This document shows positions 49,701-59,414 of a stretch of 64,000 bases of DNA, in pieces. The stretch is from Chlorokybus atmophyticus. Taxonomy: Eukaryota > Plantae > Mesostigma and Chlorokybus algae. The notes beneath the pieces were generated by a model that did not search any database, was not told where the DNA came from, and saw only the letters and a program-made list of their open reading frames with translations. The translations under genes were made by a program, and so were the position numbers. The stretch spans positions 878,103 to 942,102 of the forward strand of contig RHPI01000277.1 in NCBI GenBank assembly GCA_009103225.1, in the 5' to 3' direction. Positions within the stretch are counted from its first letter, which is position 1; the number at the start of each line of letters is the position of its first letter.

Positions 49701-52196
49701 CCTGTATTGTCGTCGGAACACCGGCTCAGTGTCCACCCAGCTCGATGTCCATCTGGTACATTGAGCATGTACCCAATTCCTTCACATTGAAGCTGAATTG
49801 GCTCCTCCATTTGTTGAGGAGAGCCTCCAGCTTCTCTCGAGTGTCTTTTGTGGCCAACGGGCCAATGGCATGGTCCCAGGAGGTTGCATTGGCAACCACA
49901 GGAATGTCCTCCACTGTTACTGCTGCTTGCTCCTCCATGTGGATCACCTCGAGGGCTGTGTGAGCTGCCTTGGTGTCGGCTACGCGATCAGCCCACCCCC
50001 CAGCCAAGTGTTCGAGATCCTCGAAGGACACGTGGCGGTCCTGCAATGCGAAGCTCAGCCCCAGCAGCCATACCATGCTGTTCTGATCCATGGCGCGACC
50101 AAGCAGCTGGCATTGCTGACTGTCTGTCAGCGATGAGCCCATGATGCTGTTGGGGAAGAATCCCATGGCGCGTTCACGTTCGCGTGCGTTGGGTTCTTCT
50201 AGCCTGTTGGTGGTCGCATCGAACACCATCCCGTCACCACCGTTCCGAAATGCGTAAAAGCCCGGGTAGGACACTCATGTGGAGAGTGCGCGACGGGGCT
50301 GACCGGGCTGATTGCACGGGTAGAAGTGGTTGTGGTCATGACGCAGGACAGGTTGTGCTGTGCGGCCGGGGTCAAGGATGTCATCGACCAGCAGGTTGCG
50401 CGGCCGAGCGCTGCGTGTGTATTTGGCGGTCATGAGTTCCTCCACGGTGGCCAAGTTTGTCCTATTGGCACGTACACGATGTGCGCGCGAGCCATGTCGT
50501 GCCGCGTTCACCTTGAGTGGGTGCCCCAGAATGGAGCAAACTTGTCGGTAGCTGGAGGCCACGTGCGGACGCTTGTCGTCCTCTGAATGCACATTTTCGA
50601 TGACGTACCCCAGGGGTCTGGAGATCTGGTGGTGTTGAAGGAGGTGGATGATTCTCATCAGCTCCCAAAACAGCCCGGAGCGAGGGTTTTCGAGGCCTTG
50701 CCCCTTGCCTGCCCTGGAGTGCCCTTGACATTCCCATTCAGCTATTAACAGGTCGACGTTGCCGAGGGACAGTAGGTGATCTTCAGTGATCAGTCGGATG
50801 TCTTGTGGCAATGCTTTGAGGCTGCCTTGCAACGCCGAGAGGGGTAGTTGACGTGGATACCTGGCGTGCAGTTGGCGTACGTGGTGCTTGAGGACCGTTT
50901 GCGCGTGTGGGTCTGGGTCGCAGTAATAATATATGACAACCTTCACGCCCGTGTTGAGGACTGCAGCAAGACGCTGCCAATGCCTCCAAACAGCTCCAAC
51001 ACTGTGATGCCCTGATGCCTGCGAAAGGTGTGGAACTCCACCACTCCGGTGGCCACCATATGGTGGTCCTGCACCTTGACGCGGCTTCGGTAGTTGGGGA
51101 AGCGCGTGGTGATCAGTGGATGGCTGAGCAAGATGTGTGCGTTCACCTGTGCGCGCCAGCGCCGTTCAGCTGGGTCTTGTAATGCTACTTCCACGGCGGC
51201 ATCCTCCTGCTCCTCGTTGTACGCGGTGGGAGAGGGGTCGACGGTTCGGCACGGGGCCGCAGCACCAGCAGCGACTTGCGTCCGAGCGCCGTCGTATGTG
51301 GCCATTACAGCCTTCCGGGTGCGGGCGTGGCTGCGTGTGGCCATGGCAGCCAATTTGCGTTGGGCGCGCGTGCGCGAGACCAACTCGAGAGGCAGGAAAC
51401 CCTGCACCTCTCCATCATCCTCATCCCAATGTGGCCGAAACCACGCTCGCTCTGTCCAGCAGTCGAGGCCCATGCCCACAGGGAAGTCGAAGTCCTGCCC
51501 AAGCAGAAAGTCGAAGGAGCCGGCATTGGTGACCACACATTGCTGAACGATCTCGATCATGTGGGTTGGGTCCAGCCCTGTCAACCGAATGCAAAAGGCC
51601 TCCCTGGTGACTCCCATCACCTTATCTCGGCTACCTGTGGCAGTGTCAAACACGTACGGGCAAGGCACCAAGTCGGAGCTGGCTATGCCTAGGGACCGCG
51701 CGAGGAAGCGCCCGATGATGACAGGTTGTGCTCCGGTGTCTAACATTACTCGCTTGGGTGCCAGGCCGTTGATGGTAACGTGCTTGCCTTGGTTGGCCAC
51801 CATGGCAGTATTGGCGTCGATGCGCGGCCTTTTCATACGAGGTGTCTGCACCTCTGACTCAGTTGTCTCAGCTGGAGGTGCTGAGCGCATGGCAGCCAGA
51901 GCTGCTCTGCCTGCTGGGTCCGGAGAACCCCCTCCTTGCCCTCTCCCTCTGCCAAACCGACCTTGTCGTGGTGGTTGGTAGACACGGGGGGGCCTCGGTG
52001 CTGGAGGTTCCGGCGCTGGTTGTGGTGGCGGCGCAGGTGGATGCCGCCTCTGCGAAGCTGGAATCATGCCCGCGGGTGTACCCAATGGCTGTGGAGGAAA
52101 CCCCGGCGGACCCGGTGTTTGTGGGCCTGCCTCGCGTTCAGCTTGCTCCGCGGCGTACGTCCATCGGACAGCATGAGCCGCTTCTCTGACCAATCG
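46741..52196 (-). pseudogene. pol polyprotein: PR - DNMT - RT - RNase H - IN - PHD (frameshifted, with stops)
   Basis: PR RVMLDTGAQPVIIG; RT RMCGDYRPLN, MPFGLKNAPAKFQ, CYIDDILIF; RH FILHTDWS...YASR...LITDHQPLKWL; IN LHTELGHFG...CQQC, WGLDIVG, VITDQGAEF, DGLAER; PHD CEHCGSAGDDALMMLYDGCNKGLHCYCLEPPLDTIPMEEYWCDDC. Lesions at about 50965, 50276, 49735, 48900, 48625 and 47431. Confidence 0.92.
50050..51010 (-). other. C5-cytosine DNA methyltransferase domain within pol
   Basis: Motif I ITVLELFGGIG; motif II-like YYYCD; motif IV DLLIAEWECQGHSRAG (catalytic Cys kept); GLENPRSGLFWE; motif VI YVIENV; motif VIII HRVRANRTNL; motifs IX-X EEPNARERERAMGF...CQLLGRAMD. Confidence 0.88.
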
Positions 52197-54228
52197 TCGC
52201 AAATTTTACACGGTGACTGACAAGAGACTGAGGGACTGTCGGGTGCCTGACCATATCTGACCCTAACTGACCCAACGAGTTGAGCCATTAAGGGACTAAA
52301 ATGGACTGCCGGTGCATTTTGTGGACTATATTCAATTACCGACCGCCTATCGTACAGTACAGTGGATTGTTGCCTACCGGTGGTGACGTAACAGCAACAT
52401 ATGTTGACGGCCGACCGCCGGTCATACAGCTTCCGTAACGGCAACCTACCTATTATGACAATTAAGTGTACATTCAGGCCCCTAATGGCGACGGTCGATA
52501 CCGGTGAGTCAGAGTTGACCCGCGGCCGGCCGCCGGCCGTACATTAGCCGCGGCGGCGACCAACCTACATTGGTAAGCTAATGACCACTCAGTCCCAACG
52601 AAGTCTCCTAAGAGGGACGAGCGATGGCGGCGGGTACCTGTCAGTCCGGTTAGGTATACTTGGCACCNGATCAATAGTACCATTGCATGAGACAACGTCT
52701 AGTCATACACACGAACTTTCAATCACACATATGGACTTGCAGTTTGCACCAACGGACTTGCCAACTAGCAATAGTATCAAACACCTTACCTCTGCATTCA
52801 TCCAAGCGTTCTTGTTGGTCTCGTACTCCACACCGATGCGGATGGGAGTCCATGTGCTCCCAAAAGACCTAGGTCTTTTCATCGCAAATTTTACACGATG
52901 ACTGACAAGAGACTGAGGGACTGTCGGGTGCCTAACCATATCTGACCCTAACTGACCCAACGAGTTGAGCCATTAAGGGACTAAAATGGACTGCCGGTGC
53001 ATTTTGTGGACTATACTCAATTACCGACCGCCTATCGTACAGTACAGTGGATTGTTGCCTACCGGTGGTGACGTAACAGCAACATATGTTGACGGCCGAC
53101 CGCCGGTCATACAGCTTCCGTAACGGCAACCTACCTATTATGACAATTAAGTGTACATTCAGGCCCCTAATGGCGACGGTCGATACCGGTGAGTCAGAGT
53201 TGACCCGCGGCCGGCCGCCGGCCGTACATTAGCCGCGGCGGCGACCAACCTACATTGGTAAGCTAATGACCACTCAGTCCCAACGAAGTCTCCTAAGAGG
53301 GACGAGCGATGGCGGCGGGTACCTGTCAGTCCGGTTAGGTATACTTGGCACCCTCATGGGAACAATAGTACCATTGCAATGGTACAACAGTTCCATCAAA
53401 GTACCCTAGATGGTACTCATTATGTGATTGCACAATGGCGCCATCGTACCATTTTTATGGTACGATCGTACCATTGACTTGAAGCCGTTGAGCGTTTGAA
53501 ACGCAGCAGCGTTCAAACGCTCAACGGCTTCAAGTTCGAGGACAGTTGTGCGGCGGCGGCGGCGGTAGTGGCGGCGGCGGCGGCGGCAATTGCAATGGCA
53601 TGGTAGGTGAGTTTGATTATATGTGTCATGATGTATGATGCCATTGTGTTGGCGCCCTTGCCGAACAGGCCAGCGGAGGAGGAGCGGCGAGGCGGCGGCG
53701 GCGGAGGAAGAGCGGCGGCGCAGGTGGCTGAGTATAAGGGTAGAGTATAGAGTAGTAGTAGTAGTAGTAATAGTAATAGCTCAACATAGTTTACATTGTA
53801 GCGTAGCAACAGTTTGTAATTTGATCCATGGGTACTTTTGTGTGTGCATCAGTCAAGCTTATAACTCGCCGTCTCTCACAGTTGACGACAATCACATGCA
53901 TGCAGTATGCAGCACATGACTGAGCGGTACCGGTAGGTACCGGTAGGTACTGGGGACATTAACGTCAGTTACCCTAAAAGTACCATAAGGTACCCCAAAG
54001 GTACCTGATAGTTAGGCACCCTTGAGGTACGGTTGCCGGTACCTAACTGTTAGGTACCGGTTAATTAGGTCAAGTCCCTTTTGCTTGACTGATGGGTATT
54101 TGACAGGTACCTGTCAATCTAGGTCAGTCCCTTTATTAAAACGGCTGCCGACTAATGGTGACGGCCGTTATATCAGGTCCCTATATCGAGATTATAGGTG
54201 GACTGAGCCACGACAGTCTAATTAACTA
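52197..54228. mobile_element. 2-kb non-coding insertion with 3-bp TCG target duplication and an internal 471-bp direct repeat (unclassified, DNA-transposon-like)
   Basis: TCG flanks at 52194-52196 and 54229-54231; removing the insert restores the host reading frame (...RPCTKRLVREAAH...). Repeats at 52197-52667 and 52882-53352 differ at about 3 sites; GTAC-rich ends; AGGGACT/AGTCCCT motifs in opposite orientation at the two ends; 24-bp-arm hairpin at 53477-53535. Confidence 0.65.
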
Positions 54229-56498
54229 TCGTTTGGTGCACGGCCGTTGCCAATATTCAATCGGCCGGCAGGGGAAACATTTTGCGACGATGTCCCTTCC
54301 CACGTGGCCGTGGGCTCGGTGTCCGTGTCGGTCCAATGATGATATTGAGGCATGGGCTGCAAGTACACGGCGCGTAGTAGCTGTCGCCGCATGTCGTGAG
54401 TGATGGTGGGGACTCGCAAGATCCCTGCCATGTAGGCATCCCACCTTCCTTGTACCACTCCCACATCGAGCACGATCATGGCGCGAGCGCGTAGGGTGCG
54501 TTGGAGGTCAGTCTGCTGTGCGTGTAGCTCATGAGCAATGGCGATGCGCCGCCGTTGCCGTGCGGCTTCCACCCCTGGCAGCCGCAGCATTGCCTCTTGC
54601 ACTCCCTCCAGCGTGTCCGGGGCTGTGGTGGCAGCCTCGTCGTATGCTTGTCGCAGCGAACGAACGAATGCCCCCAACTATGATGCTCGGTTGCCAAAGG
54701 CAAACAGGGGGACAGCAGGGTGATTGGCAGCGAGCCATGTCACGAGACGGGCTCGAGCGGCGCTGCCTTCTTGCATCCCCATCATCTGTCTTAATGTGTT
54801 GCCCTCAGGCCTGTGCAACATGACTGCTTGCCGGATGAGTGCGGTACGGAGTTGTTGCTCCCCCACCATAGTTCCTCCTCGTTGTGTGGTGTCCCCTTGC
54901 GGGGTGAGGTACCCTCGCCCTGCATCGCGTTGATCCTCAGGCATGTCTTCGACCAAAGGAGGCAGCAGCGGGGCGAGTACCCCCCTCAATTGTTGCGCCA
55001 ACGCCCTCGCTTGGTCTGCAACAGTTGCGTGTCCTAGCTGCTCAATGGCGACTGCCGTGGAGTACGCTGTGGTCAGCGCCGTGGAGGCGCTGGCAACATT
55101 TGCTGGCGCTACGGTCGGTACGATAACGGCGTGTGCTGCTTCGTACGCTTGTCGGCGCGCGTCCACTTGGGCAGCTTGGTCCATTCGATAATGATGGGCC
55201 TGTTCGAGGGCAGAGAAACGCTCTTGACGACTGCCTGGAGTGAGCCCCCGGAGAGCGGGAACAGCGCCCAGCGCGATGTCAGACATGGTGACCACGAGGT
55301 CTTGCATTTTGTGTCGCTGGAGGCCGAGTGGGTCCCAGTGGCGAGGGCTCGAAGCCGATCTGTTGAGCGGGCATGGGTTGCCGCGTTTGACTGGGTGCGC
55401 CCTGCAATCGTGCGTGTAATGCCAGGAACAACTGGATGGCCAGCTCCAATACTGCAGGTCGCCGGTAGGTGACCCCGAAGAGACGATCCCTCATCTCTGG
55501 TGCAGTGCCGGCGAGGATTTCATCCTCCAGCTGCTGTTGTGTGGGTTCTGGCAGCGTGTGGTACTCTGGAGGTGGTAGGGGCAAGATGCGATCATCGCGT
55601 GCCACGCGCGTGGTGCGTTGCCCCCCTGGTCCGTACGCAATGGTGGTGGGCTCCACGTTACGTAGAACCGACGCCCAGGCGCGTTCTGCTTGTGGCCCGC
55701 GTGGCACTTGCCATGTGACGTCCAACGCTGGTGGCGATGCCGTTCGAACCTCAGGAAGTGGTGCAGTGGGTATGGCAGCACTACTGGAGGCGATGGTGGT
55801 GGCACCTGCAGCAGTCGTCGTTACTGAGGTGGCGGCTGTGAGGGTGGCAGCAGTTGCGGCCGATGTGGTCGCTTCGATGGAGGCAGGAATGGTGGATTCA
55901 CCACTTACGAACCCCACGATCAGGTTGTTGCGGCGTCGGTGCTTTCCATCACCGGGGACAGCGTGGTGCCAAGAGTGCTGACACCTGCTGTCGTAGTCGG
56001 TGTGGACGACGACGGTGTCGTCGACGGCGTCGTCCCAGCGGTGGTTGTGGCTGCCGAGGCAGCACCACTTGTGACGTCCGACGATGCCGCTGTTGACGAC
56101 GCGCCAGCTTCCCTGCGCGCACGTCTTGATGGTTGTACGCGTGACGGCGTGGGAGTGTCCCTATCCCGTTTTTGTGCCATCAGTGCCCACCTAGCAGCAT
56201 AGCAGGCTTGATAGTCCTGCTCCTTGTCCTCCAGCTGTGCCACGCGCGCCATCAGGGCTGCCACTTGGTCGATAGCCGGTGAATTGGTTGGTGCCTTTAC
56301 AGCAGCAGCTCCAGCGCGAGGACGTCCCTCAAGTCCTTTGTGCTGTGGAGGGCGGTTTTTCCCTCTGTAGCCAGTTTCTTCCTTGCGGGCCCCAGCGCTG
56401 TTGTTGTTGTTGGGGTTGTGGCCACCGGCGTTGTTGCCGTTGTTGCGACCACCAGCGTTGTTGCTGTTGTTGTAGCCGCCAGCGTGGTTGCTGTTGAT
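54229..56498 (-). pseudogene. gag-pol linker region of the DNMT-Gypsy element (Asn-rich, Thr/Ala-rich and helical segments)
   Basis: Chain of long minus-strand frames (55920-56498, 55279-55917, 54678-55307, 54222-54677) separated by single lesions; the Asn-rich tract continues on the far side of the Copia insertion into the zinc knuckles. Confidence 0.6.
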
Positions 56499-58542
56499 TG
56501 TTGAAGGTATTGCATGGGTGATGCTTGTATCCGGTCAGCTTGCCCTTCATACAGGAGTCGAGGGTCGAAGGTACCAGGAAGAAGCGCGTGGGCTCCAGAC
56601 TTAGCAAGACGGTCGAGTCATAACGGACTCCGGACCAGGCTGCTTGGTAGAGCCTTGGGAGAAATCGCGTAGCTTTGTAAATACGTAAGCTTAGCAGGCG
56701 TGGCTTAGCTTGTTGGAAAGCTCTGGTTGTGAGCTAGATAGCGTAGCTTACAGAACAGCAATCGGCTGAGTATAGCGCACGCGGTGCTTGCCAATGTAGA
56801 CGTGTGTAGAGACTGGCGGGGTATAAAGCCCAGACTTGTTGCAATGAAGATAAGAGGTCGCAATGTAGCATGTGTGCGGATGCTATGGCGGCAGTAGCAG
56901 TCATGCTCTTGTGTTGATGTTGTTGGCGTGTTACTTGCACGTGTGTATGTCAACAGGTTATGGGCCCACACATGCTTGTGTAGGTTGATGGAGTGTGTTA
57001 CAATTGTATGTGTAGCTGTAGTTGCTTTGTGGTAGTGTGGGGTTGTGAGGTCTGTGAGCAGAGAGGGCGACCAACCAAGGCCACCAGCATGGACAGCTTG
57101 AAGATCGCGATTGGACTACCGGTGACGACTACAACACTTGGAGTGTGAAGATGGAGCTACTACTGGCCCACAAGGAGATGCGAAAGTACATGGACCAAGA
57201 GGAGGAGATGATAGAAATCTTCTCGTGACTGAAAAAGAGTACGTGAAGTACTTGAAAGAGGAGGCGTCCTTGATACGTAGGAGCTGAAGATGTCAGCTCG
57301 TGTTGCTGAGTGCGAGGAGTACTTGGTGGAGCGTGGTGAAGCGCTTTAAGGAATGCGAGAGGCAACCCGTGGTAAGCACGTTAATGTGCTTGGTGGAAGG
57401 AAGGGGAGCAGATGGCAACCCTTGAGGTCGAGCACGGTGGAGTGTTTGATGGACCTTCCGAGAAGGGGAGCGAGGGCAGTCATTGGTGAAGCACGGTAAA
57501 GTGCTTGGTACTTTGGTTGAAGCATGTGGAGTGCTTGGCTGAAGGTGCATGCGAGGAAGCGTGATGAGCATCCTGGAAGCGTGATCACTTGGAAGCTGGA
57601 CATGGAGCATACTGGAGGCGTGAAGCTTGGAGGCTATACGCAGAAGCATGTGGACGTGGACATGAAGATGGCCATGGTGTGCGCAAGGTTGCTGCATTGA
57701 CAAGGGTGGTTGAGGATGGAGTTTCAAGATACTACAAGGTCATGAGCAACAAGGAGGCACAAGTAGGTTGCGATTGCGGAGCCCGTGGGAGCTGCAAGTG
57801 GTGGAAAGCAAGTTGACTAGAGGAGTCATGGGCTAATACCAGAGGCGGAGGCACTGTCAACGAGGACAGATGCAGCAGGTGCATGAAGGCAACATGTATG
57901 TACAGCAAAGAGCAAGGTTGGTGGTCAACCATAAGGCTCGAGTTGCTGTGGAAGTGAATGACTTCAAGGTCATCCATGAGAAGCATGGAGGCGTGAGAAA
58001 AAAGGTTAAGGCTTGCGTAAGAGCAAGCGGTGTGTGAATAATAATGGAGGAGCTGATGTTGAAGGACAAGCTACCCGCGTGGGAGTGTTGAAGGTATTGC
58101 ATGGGTGATGCTTGTATCCGGTCAGCTTGCCCTTCATACAGGAGTCGAGGGTCGAAGGTACCAGGAAGAAGCGCGTGGGCTCCAGACTTAGCAAGACGGT
58201 CGAGTCATAACGGACTCCGGACCAGGCTGCTTGGTAGAGCCTTGGGAGAAATCGCGTAGCTTTGTAAATACGTAAGCTTAGCAGGCGTAGCTTAGCTTGT
58301 TAGAAAGCTCTGGTTGTGAGCTAGACAGCGTAGCTTACAGAACAGCAATCAGCTGAGTATAGCGCACGCGGTGCTTGCCAATGTAGACGTGTGTAGAGAC
58401 TGGCGGGGTATAAAGCCCAGACTTGTTGCAATGAAGATAAAAGGTCACGATGTAGCATGTGTGCGGATGCTATGGCGGCAGTAGCAGTCATGCTCTTGTG
58501 TTGATGTTGTTGGCGTGTCACTTGCACGTGTGTATGTCAACA
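56499..58542 (+). mobile_element. Non-autonomous Ty1/Copia LTR retrotransposon (internally deleted)
   Basis: 457-bp LTRs TGTTGA...TCAACA at 56499-56955 and 58086-58542 (about 8 substitutions); PBS GGTTATGGGCCCA at 56956-56968; PPT-like GCGTGGGAG; near-TSD TTGAT/TTGTT; gag N-terminal remnant TGDDYNTWSVKMELLLAHKEM; internal region only 1.13 kb. Confidence 0.92.
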
Positions 58543-58775
58543 TTGTTGTAGCCCCCGTTGTTGTTTTTGTTGTTGCCGCGGTAGCCAACAGCGTTGTTGC
58601 CGTTGTTGTAGCCAATAGAGGGCCGCAGCTCAGGGAACTTGAGCCAGCATACTGTCTCCAAGTGTCCCGTCTTGTGGCAGTAGTCGCACACAAGGTTGCC
58701 GTAATCTTCGGTGCACTCCTTTTGGTAGTGGCCATGTCGACCATACCGGTGGCACCGTCGCAATAATATTTCTTC
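58543..58775 (-). pseudogene. gag zinc-knuckle segment of the DNMT-Gypsy element
   Basis: CHRYGRHGHYQKEC (degenerate) and CDYCHKTGHLETVC (CX2CX4HX4C), followed by an Asn/Gly-rich tract. Confidence 0.75.
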
Positions 58776-59414
58776 TGTTAGATGCTCGTGCTCACATACA
58801 CAGCACACAAGTCATACAACACATGTGTGCAGCTGAGCACAATCTTCACACCGGAACCTTGCCTTCACTCGCGCACGCACGCACGCGTCGAGCGCGCCCA
58901 CGCACACGAACACTACTACTTCTCACGCCAAGCAAGAACGCAGCAGTGTGCCTTGGACCACAACTCCCTCAAGCATGCACCAGCACTCACAGCAGAGAGC
59001 AGAAAACAAAGTTGGTTGCATTACACAGGGTTTTTCTATTTATACAAGCACTAGGAAGAAATACCCTAATTAACAGGCATTTCATTATTCACTATCAAAT
59101 CTAAAGGCAGGTCCAAGTGCAAGCTCCCCGCCACGCGCGTTGGGCCTTCGGCGGCTGTGTGACTGTGCAGTCCGCGTCACCTGGCACTGCACAGCGCGTG
59201 TCCAGTCAGCGGCTGTGTCACAACCGCGTGGCAGGTGGGTCACGTCGCCGAATTAGCTGCTGTCGAGCAGGTCGCAGGCGAGTCGCGCGCGGCAGCAGGG
59301 GCAGGCGCCACATGGGCTTAATAAAGCTCATAAAAGCCCTCATCAAGCCAGCAAAAAAGGCAAAATAAGTACTTTATGTACAATAAAATACAAAAAATGC
59401 CCCAGGCTGTTACA
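58776..59414 (-). repeat. 3' LTR of the chromovirus (639 bp)
   Basis: TG...CA termini; PPT immediately 5'; its end abuts the interrupted zinc-knuckle sequence, with expected TSD TCTTC (plus strand, 58771-58775). Confidence 0.8.

Larger units (their letters stand above)
45930..58775 (-). mobile_element. Degenerate Ty3/Gypsy LTR retrotransposon encoding a C5-cytosine DNA methyltransferase and a PHD finger; interrupted by three younger insertions
   Basis: Order on the minus strand: zinc knuckles (58775-58600), long spacer, protease, DNMT, RT, RNase H, integrase, PHD. A candidate PPT GGGGGGGTGGCT precedes TGTTGAC at 46690 (possible 3' LTR start). The left boundary is approximate; the 5' part lies beyond the chromovirus, outside the window. 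Confidence 0.85.

Noticed and set aside
56499-58542. 457-bp direct repeats as the LTRs of the DNMT-Gypsy element
   Set aside because: They face the opposite strand, have a Copia-type PBS and gag, and interrupt the Gypsy gag; they belong to a separate nested element.
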